Positions 10,438 through 19,333 are shown, counted from the stretch's first letter. The stretch is DNA of 48,449 nt from Promethearchaeia archaeon (GCA_029856125.1 JAHQWJ010000030.1:1-48449); one strand, 5' to 3'. Made by a program: numbers and translations. Notes: generated by a model from the sequence alone, not told the origin.

Positions 10438-10455
10438 ACTTAGATATATGTAAGT
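10438..10455. promoter_or_regulatory. 18-bp near-perfect palindrome, candidate operator of the GTPase operon
   Basis: ACTTAGATA|TATGTAAGT (one G/G mismatch), upstream of TATA-like TTTAAAAA at ~10472-10479. Confidence 0.4.
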
Positions 10456-10509
10456 GATTTGACCTTTTTTCTTTAAAAATATTCTTTTCTTTTCGTGATC
10501 GTATAAAAT

Positions 10510-11046
10510 ATGTTGAGTTCAGAAATTTCAAAATTGATGAAGGTGACATTTATAGGGTCGCCAGCGGTTGGAAAAACAACTATGCTACGACTTCTCTCAA
10601 AAGATACGATCGGTAAATTTTATTTCCCAACTCATGGCTTTGATTTGAAAACGATCAAATTAGACGATTATAATATCCGTGTTTGGGATTTTGGTGGCCA
10701 AAGCTCGTACTTAAAGACTTATTCAAGAGATTACCTTCTAGGTTCAGATGTTCTTTTTGTTGTTACTGATTCTACGCCCCGAAATGTTTTAAATTCGCGA
10801 GAATTGATTAAGTTCGCAACACATTTTATCGACAAAGAGTGTCCAATAATTGGCATAGCAAATAAACAAGATTTAACAAAGAATGATGGAAGAATGAGTC
10901 CCAATCGCGTAGAACAATTACTCCATATAAAAACATATGGCCTTACAGCTATAAATCCAAACGAGAGAAACAAATTATTAGATATTATGAGAAAAGAATT
11001 AAACCAAGTTGTATTAAGAAGGAGGTCAAAAGAAGATGAACTTTAA
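10510..11046 (+). CDS. small GTPase, Arf/Rab-like (Ras superfamily)
   Basis: G1 GSPAVGKTT, G2 PTHG, G3 WDFGGQ, G4 ANKQD, G5 LTA. Confidence 0.92.
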   Translation: MLSSEISKLMKVTFIGSPAVGKTTMLRLLSKDTIGKFYFPTHGFDLKTIKLDDYNIRVWDFGGQSSYLKTYSRDYLLGSDVLFVVTDSTPRNVLNSRELIKFATHFIDKECPIIGIANKQDLTKNDGRMSPNRVEQLLHIKTYGLTAINPNERNKLLDIMRKELNQVVLRRRSKEDEL

Positions 11047-11590
11047 TGAAGATGAACTTTTTGGAGCAGCTCTAATAGGCTTTGATCTAATTGATGGTCC
11101 GTTCATAAAATGGAAGAAGGAATATGGAACTCCGTCAAATCTAATGAAATTAGACGATTTTGCCATGAACTTCTATCTAGCATTCAGAGGTGGTAATACG
11201 GGGAAGAAACCAAGAGCCATTTTATATGATAAATTCTATATTGTTGCTTTTCCTCAAGATCTTGAGCTTTGTTGCTTATTTATGAAACCTCAAGGAATAG
11301 ATAGGAATATTAATCAGTTAAACAAAATTGCTTCAAGAATAACTCATGAGATGGATTCTATTGAACAAGAAGTCGATATACCGGTTAATTCTGATGAAGA
11401 TGCAATCGAAGAAATGAAGAGAATAATCGTAAATCTATTGAGTGGTGTAGAAATGTCCACCCCAGAGTTAAGAAGATACTTCAAATTGAGTAACTCACAG
11501 ATATGGAAGGTAATGTCTACTTTAGAAAGCTCTTTAAAAGTTAAACGTGCTCGTAAACAAGGAAGAACTGTTTTATGGACCGCTAACTAG
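11036..11590 (+). CDS. N-terminal longin/uDENN-like domain fused to C-terminal winged helix-turn-helix
   Basis: 'GAALIGFDLIDGP' (FDxxxGP hairpin), beta-beta-alpha-beta-beta-beta-alpha pattern, acidic linker, then 'IIVNLL..MSTPELRRYFKLSNSQIWKVMSTLE..KVKR..QGRTVLW'; overlaps GTPase stop by 11 nt. Confidence 0.7.
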   Translation: MNFNEDELFGAALIGFDLIDGPFIKWKKEYGTPSNLMKLDDFAMNFYLAFRGGNTGKKPRAILYDKFYIVAFPQDLELCCLFMKPQGIDRNINQLNKIASRITHEMDSIEQEVDIPVNSDEDAIEEMKRIIVNLLSGVEMSTPELRRYFKLSNSQIWKVMSTLESSLKVKRARKQGRTVLWTAN

Positions 11591-11620
11591 TTTTTTTTCT
11601 AATTTTTTATATTTTTATTG
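11590..11620 (+). terminator. oligo-T terminator tracts after the GTPase operon
   Basis: T8 and T6 runs immediately after TAG. Confidence 0.5.
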
Positions 11621-11626
11621 AATTAA

Positions 11627-12433
11627 TTACCTAATATGATTCCAATTTTTCATTTTTGTATAATATCTTGAAAACATAATGTAGCAGATATTAGGCATTT
11701 CCTTGTCAAGGTTATTTAAAGTGATATATCGGAGAATGTGATTGATTAGGAAAATTCCCAGAAATTCCATGTGATAGCTACCTACTTTTTTAGAGAGTAC
11801 TTCACCTATGTAAGCGATATTTAGTTTCTCCCGAGCGTTGTAAGTTAATTCAATAGAGATACCTGGAAATATTTCCTTTATAATTTGCCACTTATCAGCT
11901 TTTTTCCTCACTATAGCACCAAGAAATATGGCTAAATCATTTACATCACTATCTTTCAATAAACTAAATGGCTCGGTTCTTTGAATTAAAACCTTTTGCA
12001 TTAATTCTGATTTTTTATCATAAGATTGTTCAAAGGGTTCTCTATTTTGAATCATTCTCTCCATAAAATTAAAAATTATATCAACATAAGTAATGCTATC
12101 TTCACCAGGGATTATATGTACTCTTTCACCTGAAAAAAAGCATTTAAATTCTGCGGTAACCCCATCTCCAAATTCATCGCCGAAATATGTAAAAACTAGA
12201 TGTATAATAACCTCTGGAAACATTTCTAATGTAATCGTCCAATCTTCGTTAAAGCCTATATTTTCGATTATGCCTCCAATGTCCTCTGAAATTATCTTCT
12301 TAAGCGTATCCATGTTGATATCAACGAAGAGCTGATGTTTTGCTTTGCTAACATCTTTTAATTCCTTAACATGGGGGCCTGTTACCCCAGTTGCGTCAAT
12401 TTGTCCTACAGTCCAATATTTAGTTCCAGTTAT
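11627..12433 (-). CDS. internally duplicated protein, DUF3786-like; probable ATA start at 12433 (first ATG at 12313)
   Basis: Frame open from 12445 to 11627; SD-like GGTGGA just upstream of ATA; two repeats 'WTITLEMFPEVIIHL' / 'WQIIKEIFPGISIEL'. Confidence 0.6.
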   Translation of the reverse strand: MTGTKYWTVGQIDATGVTGPHVKELKDVSKAKHQLFVDINMDTLKKIISEDIGGIIENIGFNEDWTITLEMFPEVIIHLVFTYFGDEFGDGVTAEFKCFFSGERVHIIPGEDSITYVDIIFNFMERMIQNREPFEQSYDKKSELMQKVLIQRTEPFSLLKDSDVNDLAIFLGAIVRKKADKWQIIKEIFPGISIELTYNAREKLNIAYIGEVLSKKVGSYHMEFLGIFLINHILRYITLNNLDKEMPNICYIMFSRYYTKMKNWNHIR

Positions 12434-12475
12434 TTTAACTCCACCTTAGAAAAAGTTGTTCTAGTATTATAGAAG

Positions 12476-13795
12476 TTATTTTTTTTTGAATTTTGCGATA
12501 AAAAATCCTTTTGTTCGGTGGGTTGCTGGAAACAATCTTCCTGTTCCGGGAATATGCTGGTGGTTTATCTTATAGCTAGGAGAAAACCAGTTTGGAAGCT
12601 CCATAGGCTTAAAATGGTTTAAAACTTTTAACACCTGCAGCTCCCCTTCCTCGGGATAAAGGCTACATGTAGAATAAACGAGAATTCCAGAAGGTTTTAA
12701 TAAATTAATAGCACTTTTAAGTAACTTTTCCTGGAGTACAAGATTTTGATGTAGGAATCCCTCATTCTGTCGCCATTTAAGTTCGGGATTTGTCGAAAAA
12801 GTTCCACTTCCAGTACAAGGTGCATCTAATAAGATCTTATCGAAGAAATTGGTAAATCTAACGGGTAATTTAATACCATCTGAATTCATAAGGTTAGTGT
12901 TTAATACATTTAACTTCTTTAAAAGTTGTTTTGTTCCTTTTAATCGCTGTTTGCTAAAGTCGTTGGCTAATATGGTAGCTTTATTTTGAGATAACTGTGC
13001 AATAATGCTAGTTTTAATTCCAGGAGCCGCACACATATCGCATATCAACTCGTTTGCTTGAGGTTCTAAAAGGTGAGTTACCGCAAAAGAAGCCTTATCC
13101 TGAATGACGAGTTTGCCTTCTTTATACAATCTATTCAAGATGATTTTCTTTTTATTTTTTAAATCTGTATAAAAAACTTCTGAGAAATTTGAATCTTGTT
13201 TAGCATTAATTCCTAATTCTTCTAAATCCTTAAAAACAATGTTCAATGAATTTTGTTGATTTTTTTCATATGGCAAATCATTAAGTCGAAAAAATAGTAT
13301 TTTATTGCCCTCCTTACCATCCATTTGCTTAAAATTGGCTCTAATTGTTTCTAAATCCATTATAGGTGCAAGTTTTTTAATTGAAAAAGTTGGAATTGCG
13401 ATTTCTAAACTTAACCTTTCTATTTCGTTTTTTCCTTTTAATGCTTGCTTCCACGAAAAGACATCAAGTTTCTTTATGAGAGCTAATTCATCTGAGCCGA
13501 ATTTGAGTTCATTACCTACGGCTATAGCATTTTCTTTCTCCCAAACAATTCGATAAATAGCAATAAGATACTTAGCATTACTATAATTATTAGAAACATG
13601 TGATTCATTAGTAAATTTAAGGTTTCGCTTTAAAATGAAATTAATTTTATTCCAATATCGGAGTATTTCGTAATAATAATGAATTAACTCAGCATTACTA
13701 CGATTTTTAATAGAAAGAATGCCTGTTTTTCGCTCAATAAATTTAGTTAATAATTTAACTAATTCATTTATAACTTTTTGATTGATACTAAACAC
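12476..13795 (-). CDS. RsmB/NOL1/NOP2 (NSUN) RNA m5C methyltransferase
   Basis: 'IQDKAS', 'DMCAAPGIKT', 'LLDAPCTGSG', 'YSTCS', 'GFFIAKF'; GTG start. Confidence 0.9.
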   Translation of the reverse strand: MFSINQKVINELVKLLTKFIERKTGILSIKNRSNAELIHYYYEILRYWNKINFILKRNLKFTNESHVSNNYSNAKYLIAIYRIVWEKENAIAVGNELKFGSDELALIKKLDVFSWKQALKGKNEIERLSLEIAIPTFSIKKLAPIMDLETIRANFKQMDGKEGNKILFFRLNDLPYEKNQQNSLNIVFKDLEELGINAKQDSNFSEVFYTDLKNKKKIILNRLYKEGKLVIQDKASFAVTHLLEPQANELICDMCAAPGIKTSIIAQLSQNKATILANDFSKQRLKGTKQLLKKLNVLNTNLMNSDGIKLPVRFTNFFDKILLDAPCTGSGTFSTNPELKWRQNEGFLHQNLVLQEKLLKSAINLLKPSGILVYSTCSLYPEEGELQVLKVLNHFKPMELPNWFSPSYKINHQHIPGTGRLFPATHRTKGFFIAKFKKK

Positions 13796-13806
13796 TCCCC
13801 GGTAAT

Positions 13807-13935
13807 TTAATTATTTTTCGAGCTCCAAAGATATACTGCGGGATTAATTCGATTTAAAAATTTAGCTATGTAATAAGCATTTAAAGGATAGGAAGACTCA
13901 CTTTTCTTATCACGATTAAAGTATTTAAGATCCAT
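13807..13935 (-). CDS. putative small protein, 42 aa (MDLKYFNRDKKSESSYPLNAYYIAKFLNRINPAVYLWSSKNN)
   Basis: Manually translated ATG..TAA ORF ending 11 nt before the methyltransferase start; not in the ORF track. Confidence 0.4.
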   Translation of the reverse strand: MDLKYFNRDKKSESSYPLNAYYIAKFLNRINPAVYLWSSKNN

Positions 13936-14196
13936 GGGTTTTCTATTATTTCCCTAAAATTTTATTAATTATTTAATTAAGTATATAATTTAAACCTAGT
14001 ATTTATTAAAACTAATTTAATGAAGGAAAACATTAGCGAATAATTTTTTCTATTAATTCTTCTAACCCTTTTTCAGTTATGTATTTTTTTTTTTCTAATT
14101 TTTTCGTAATAGTATTTCTTTCTTACTAGAGAGCTTTTAAAGACATGAATACTTAATAGATCATATTAAATTTCAAATACATATTAAGTGGTTTAA

Positions 14197-14958
14197 ATGT
14201 GGTTAGTCTTTCTGATATGGATTGTTGTTATTTTCGTTTCGACAGTGTTTATTAGTCAGTATATCAAAATGCAAAATCGAGAGGATGTTGCTATTGCATT
14301 ATTCGTTTTGTTTATTACTATGTCACAAATACTTGCATCAAAAATCGGGGATTTCACTGTTTTTAATTATCAAATAACTGCTCCAGTAGCCGTATTAATA
14401 TTTCCCTTTACTTTTCAGATTACCGATATGGTAAATGAAAATTTTGGTCAAAAAGCAACTCATAGAATGATTTTTATCGCTTTCATAACTCAAATATTCA
14501 TGGCTATCTTTATATGGTTTAGCATCGAAGTTCCTGCTGCTCCATTTTGGGGTTTTGATTGGGCAAGCGACCCTATTGAAGCTCAACAATTTTGGTTAAA
14601 TTTCTTCGGTTCCACAATTAGGATTACGATTGCATCTTGGATATCTTTCATAATAACTGAAAATTTAGATGCCATTTTATTCGCTAAACTTAAAAAATGG
14701 ACGAAAGGCAAAAATCTCTGGATAAGAAATGTGTTTAGTGATATACCAACCTTAGCTTTAGATAGCGTACTCTTCATTAGCATTGCGTTTGGAGGTGAAT
14801 TTCCTCTTGATGTTATATTAATAATGATTTGGGGCCAACTACTTACTAAATGGTTCTTTGGGGTCATTGATACGCCTTTTATGTACCTTTCTCGCGGGGT
14901 AATTAATGGGAAGATAAATTTATTGGGAAACCTCTTTTCCAAAAAAGAAGATCATTAA
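14197..14958 (+). CDS. yhhQ: queuosine/archaeosine precursor transporter (YhhQ/VUT family)
   Basis: 'SQILASK', 'FPFTFQITDMVNENFG', 'RITIASWISF', 'LWIRN', 'DTPFMY'. Confidence 0.85.
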   Translation: MWLVFLIWIVVIFVSTVFISQYIKMQNREDVAIALFVLFITMSQILASKIGDFTVFNYQITAPVAVLIFPFTFQITDMVNENFGQKATHRMIFIAFITQIFMAIFIWFSIEVPAAPFWGFDWASDPIEAQQFWLNFFGSTIRITIASWISFIITENLDAILFAKLKKWTKGKNLWIRNVFSDIPTLALDSVLFISIAFGGEFPLDVILIMIWGQLLTKWFFGVIDTPFMYLSRGVINGKINLLGNLFSKKEDH

Positions 14959-14986
14959 ATATTTGTAATTTTCTTTACAGTTTCAC

Positions 14987-16192
14987 TCAAATAGGGATTA
15001 ACTCATAATCAATAGATCCAATTTTATTTTGAAGAGCCGCTTCAAATTGCCTAACGGGATTTAACATCCCGAGCATCGCCTTAAATTTCTCAACACCTTG
15101 TTCTAATGGTATTGTCCACTGACCGTCTTGTTTTAAAACAGGAAGCCCAGGAGCCTTAGTTTCTGCATCAAAACAAGCCTTATCTATAGCAACTGGATCT
15201 GAAGAACCAAAAATACCTAGATCTGGAACAACTACCATTCCGGGATTAGGTACGCAATCACACATGAGAGGGATATCCAACGCAAAATTAATATAACGGA
15301 TGTTCTCAGCACCAAAAGATTTGACAACTGCTGCTGCACAGTCGATGAATCGATCTGTAAATTCATTAATTTCGTTCATTTTGGGTTTCTTAATTGCTCT
15401 TTTAATTGGACATTTCAAAAAACACAGAAAACACCCATAACAAAGCTCAGCATCTATTAAAGCCTTCTCATTTTCGATTTTGATCGCTTCTACTGGACAG
15501 GCACTAATACATTCTTGCTTACATTGGGATGTATCGCATTTTCTCTCATTTATTTTTAACATGTCAGTCGCGTGGGCTAAATGCTTATTGTGTTTTGTTA
15601 CGCATCCAATTCCAAGTTGTTTTAATGCGCCACCAAATCCTGCCTGGGGATGTCCTTTAAAATGAGAAATAACTAGAAGCTTATCGTAATTAAACAAATT
15701 TTTCGCTACTGAAACGCTTTTTAGCGTTATTCCATTAATTTCCACAATTTTTCTTTCAATTCCTTGGTCCCCATCAATAAATTTGAGCGGAGCTCCAACT
15801 ATGGTTTCGTCATACCCGTGTAATTTAGCAATTGCTTGATGCTCTGAAGCGTTTTTCCTATGACCTATACAAATCGAGTAATCATCGTGAATTTCGATCT
15901 CTTGAAGATGATTCCCCCCACCTTGAGTTTCAACTAAGGTTGGAATGGCACCTAGAGATTTAACGGCTTTTACTACTTCATATACATAATCGTGCCGTAA
16001 ATAATGGGTGTTCATGGCTTCCCCTACGTGAACTTTAATCGCAACTTTATCTCCCGATTTAATATTATCTAAAATTTTATCCAAAATAAGTCGAGTTTTT
16101 ACTAATTTGTTTGTTACCATATTCTTTGAAGTATTAGTCAGAGATGCTATTTCATTGGGAGGTGCCCAATATACAATGATATTATCCGACAT
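14987..16192 (-). CDS. DUF362 domain protein with inserted ferredoxin (4Fe-4S) domain
   Basis: 'VAIKVHVGE', 'SHFKGH..AGFGGALKQLGIGC', CxxxCP and CxxCxxCxxxCP, 'CDC', 'SSDPVAIDKA'. Confidence 0.85.
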   Translation of the reverse strand: MSDNIIVYWAPPNEIASLTNTSKNMVTNKLVKTRLILDKILDNIKSGDKVAIKVHVGEAMNTHYLRHDYVYEVVKAVKSLGAIPTLVETQGGGNHLQEIEIHDDYSICIGHRKNASEHQAIAKLHGYDETIVGAPLKFIDGDQGIERKIVEINGITLKSVSVAKNLFNYDKLLVISHFKGHPQAGFGGALKQLGIGCVTKHNKHLAHATDMLKINERKCDTSQCKQECISACPVEAIKIENEKALIDAELCYGCFLCFLKCPIKRAIKKPKMNEINEFTDRFIDCAAAVVKSFGAENIRYINFALDIPLMCDCVPNPGMVVVPDLGIFGSSDPVAIDKACFDAETKAPGLPVLKQDGQWTIPLEQGVEKFKAMLGMLNPVRQFEAALQNKIGSIDYELIPI

Positions 16193-16299
16193 GATAAATC
16201 CTTTTCAATTGTTTGTTTAATAGAGTTATTATTATTTTTATATTAAAGGAACAATTTTATCTATTAAAAATAAAATCTTTATTTTTTAAAAAATTGAAG

Positions 16300-16328
16300 A
16301 ATTGGTACGAACTGATTTCGGACCAATT
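16300..16328 (-). terminator. 12-bp inverted repeat, hairpin or operator
   Basis: AATTGGTACGAA-CTGAT-TTCGGACCAATT, about 26 nt after the 16355 stop and followed on the minus strand by T tracts. Confidence 0.45.
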
Positions 16329-16354
16329 GAGCTATAAAATGCACCTTTAGTTTA

Positions 16355-17254
16355 TTAAGTAGTAATTGTAATTTTATCTTCAATAAAGCCCCAAGATTTT
16401 AGAATTTCTCCTGATTTGTCCATCATTGATTCGATAAATTCCTTAATTGAAGTTACTTTTTTTTGATGCGCTATAGCTGCTGATAATACATTCGTCCCTT
16501 TTAACTCTCGATGGTACAATTTTCTATGATAATCTTCAGAAAGCACATTCATCTTCAACCATTTTTCTTTCACTTCTTTGGAAGCAGGACTTTCTTGAGT
16601 AGTAAGAATAGCTGAACCTAAACACACACCTTCAGCGCCCATACCTAAAGCCCCTAAAAAACCTCGAGCGTCACCAATTCCGCCTGCGGCAATAATTGGA
16701 GTTTTTAAAAGTCGTTTCGCCAAAGTAAGATTGATTAAAGTCGTATGCTGAAAAGGATTCTTAAAACCGGAAGCTTCCATTCCAATTAAAGTAACAGCAC
16801 TAGCTCCTGCTTTTTCTGCAGAAATCGCATGTCTGAGCAAAGCACATTTATGAAACCAAAAACAACCCGCTTCTTTTATTCTTTTTCCAAGATGCGTTGC
16901 TTGATAAGCTGAAGTAGTAAAAACTTTTATTCCTTCGTCAATAGCAATTTCCAGATACTTTAAGTAATCTTCTTTGGAAACATAGCTAAGAGGATCAAAA
17001 GTTCTCACTCCGGGAGGTAAGACTGTCAAATTAACACCAAAAGGTTTATCCGTCAATTCTTTCATCTTTATAAGCTCTGACTTGAAATTACCGATTTTAT
17101 AATTTAAACCGGTTATAATCCCTAATCCTCCCGCGTTTGAGAATGAAGCAGCAAATTCGGTTCTACCTAATCCCGCAAATGCCGCCATAATTAAAGGGTA
17201 CTTAGTACCCATCATTTTATTTATAGAAGTGTTCCAAATCATTTTAACCACCAT
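16355..17254 (-). CDS. nitronate monooxygenase / FabK-like FMN oxidoreductase
   Basis: 'SNAGGLGII', 'TDKPFGVNL', 'PIIAAGGIGDARG', 'GAEGVCLG'. Confidence 0.85.
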   Translation of the reverse strand: MVVKMIWNTSINKMMGTKYPLIMAAFAGLGRTEFAASFSNAGGLGIITGLNYKIGNFKSELIKMKELTDKPFGVNLTVLPPGVRTFDPLSYVSKEDYLKYLEIAIDEGIKVFTTSAYQATHLGKRIKEAGCFWFHKCALLRHAISAEKAGASAVTLIGMEASGFKNPFQHTTLINLTLAKRLLKTPIIAAGGIGDARGFLGALGMGAEGVCLGSAILTTQESPASKEVKEKWLKMNVLSEDYHRKLYHRELKGTNVLSAAIAHQKKVTSIKEFIESMMDKSGEILKSWGFIEDKITITT

Positions 17255-17413
17255 ATATTGACAAAAATATATCTAATGATGAGATTTAATTCTTAATAAT
17301 TCAGAAATTAAGGAAAATTAAAAATTTATTTAAAATCTTTTTTTTGTTGAAGAATGAAGGAAAATTTTAGATATTTTTGACAAGTTATATATCTGATCTT
17401 TCAACTGAGGCAG

Positions 17414-18400
17414 TTAGATATCGTGCTTTTTCAATTCTATTATTCTTTGCTCTATACCAGCATACTCCTTAGGGTAAAACCATTTAAATATCCTTACCCA
17501 ATCAAAACCGATGATAATACCAGCGAGAAGGCTGAACAAATAACCGTAATTAACAATTTGTTCCGGATTAAGCAGTTCCCGAGGGATGAATTTAGTTCCA
17601 TAAATGACCATACTAAAAGACATACTCGTTATAAAGATACCAATTGGGAAAATTGGAACCTTAAAAACTCTAAAGAAAGATAGGTTGTCTTGAGTAATTG
17701 AGTTGAAAATATACGAGTTCCGGTCTTCGTTTACAGGAGATTTTTCCATCTTTTTTATAAATTTTAGGCGGATTACATCTTTGATGTCTCTAAAGATAAA
17801 AAAACCTCCAAAAAACAGAACAAAATAGAGCAGAATCATAATTATAGCAAGAATAATTTTTAATTCATTGAGAAAAACCTCAAACTGTCTAACTATTGTG
17901 CGAGATATGAACAAAAATATTGCTAAACCTATTAGTATTATTCCAAAAAATCCCTCATGTAAGTGATATTTTCCTATAAAGTTGCCCTCGAATTTAGAAG
18001 TAAATTTCTTTATGTAGTAAGCTATGAAAACAACAAAACCAGGTGCGATAACGGCAGTTGAGATAAACAATAGAATTTCAAGAAAATCTTCCATGTTATT
18101 TGATAATAATCCTAAATCAAGATTCTCGTTTAGGTAGGAGATATTCCATGCAACTATACCAAAAAAGGCAAGAGAAAAAAATAGTATTCTATAACTGCGG
18201 ATATTTATAACTAACACGATGCCATAAAATAATGTATTAAGTAGGCCAATTGATATCCCTCTAGTAATGGTTAACTCGTAAGAGTACAATTTAAGTACTT
18301 GTTTAAGCTGTAAATAATAAGTAAGAGAAGACCACACCGCAAAGGATAAAATAATAATAATTAATGATTTTATCAGTATTTTACAACTTCTTCTCATCAA
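17414..18400 (-). CDS. hypothetical multi-pass membrane protein
   Basis: About 8 hydrophobic segments; 'GKYHLHEGFFG' motif. Confidence 0.75.
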   Translation of the reverse strand: MMRRSCKILIKSLIIIILSFAVWSSLTYYLQLKQVLKLYSYELTITRGISIGLLNTLFYGIVLVINIRSYRILFFSLAFFGIVAWNISYLNENLDLGLLSNNMEDFLEILLFISTAVIAPGFVVFIAYYIKKFTSKFEGNFIGKYHLHEGFFGIILIGLAIFLFISRTIVRQFEVFLNELKIILAIIMILLYFVLFFGGFFIFRDIKDVIRLKFIKKMEKSPVNEDRNSYIFNSITQDNLSFFRVFKVPIFPIGIFITSMSFSMVIYGTKFIPRELLNPEQIVNYGYLFSLLAGIIIGFDWVRIFKWFYPKEYAGIEQRIIELKKHDI

Positions 18401-18475
18401 ATTTAATAAAATAAAATGCTATTTATATTAAATTGATTTAGAATCACTCAGATAATTCAACCAATTAACTTATCT

Positions 18476-19333
18476 TTATAGATTCAAGAGCTTAGCAGCA
18501 TTATTATACATAATTGCTTTTTTAAATCCATCTGAAATAGGAATTTCTTTGACTGCGGGAATAATCTCATTCCAGTGTGTAAATGGATGATCTGAAGCAA
18601 ATAATACTTTATCCTCCGCATTAAATTTAGAAAATGCTTCAAAAGGAAACCATTGATATAGTTCAGGATATGCAGAAATATCAATATAGACATTAGGATG
18701 TCTAACAACTACGCTCCATGCATCCCAAAACCATGGAATTCCCATGTGTCCCATTATGATTGTTAAATCTTGATGTTTGGATGCCAATGCGTCTACTAAC
18801 ATTGGGTGACCGTATTTTGTTATTGAACCTAATATTGAAACTAAATGTGCTGTGTGAGTCCAAAGAGGAATATTAAAATCTATCATTTTCTTCCATAAGG
18901 GGTCATATTTCTTATCAGAAATGTCAAATTTCTGCGCTGGAGGTACAAGTTTGACACCTTTTAGTCCTAACGATGTTATAGCGTAGTCAAGCTGATCCAT
19001 AGCGTCAGGTGCAGGAACATCAATACACGCAAATCCAATAAATTTCTCGGGATATTTCTTAACAAAATCAGCGACATTATCATTTGTTACTATACATACA
19101 CCGTAAGCTGTCGTAAGGTTATATGATACAATCACAGCTTTATCAATACCATATTTTTCCATCTGAGTAATATAATCATCAATAGATATTTTTGTTTGTA
19201 GAACTTCATAAAATTTAAACATCGCACGACGGCCTTTTTTATTTGTACCAAGTAGAGCATTAGCTACAAAATCAAGATCGTTCCCCCAATCGGCCTCTTT
19301 ACAAAAAGGATGAACATGCATATCAATAATCAT
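18476..19333 (-). CDS. amidohydrolase family 2 (TIM-barrel metallohydrolase)
   Basis: 'IIDMHVH', 'GLKGVKL', 'WTHT', 'IMGHMG', 'NVYIDIS', 'LFASDHP'. Confidence 0.88.
   Translation of the reverse strand: MIIDMHVHPFCKEADWGNDLDFVANALLGTNKKGRRAMFKFYEVLQTKISIDDYITQMEKYGIDKAVIVSYNLTTAYGVCIVTNDNVADFVKKYPEKFIGFACIDVPAPDAMDQLDYAITSLGLKGVKLVPPAQKFDISDKKYDPLWKKMIDFNIPLWTHTAHLVSILGSITKYGHPMLVDALASKHQDLTIIMGHMGIPWFWDAWSVVVRHPNVYIDISAYPELYQWFPFEAFSKFNAEDKVLFASDHPFTHWNEIIPAVKEIPISDGFKKAIMYNNAAKLLNL

Noticed and set aside
13936-14196. preQ1 riboswitch upstream of yhhQ
   Set aside because: Region is nearly pure A/T promoter sequence with no recognisable preQ1 stem-loop or A-rich pseudoknot tail
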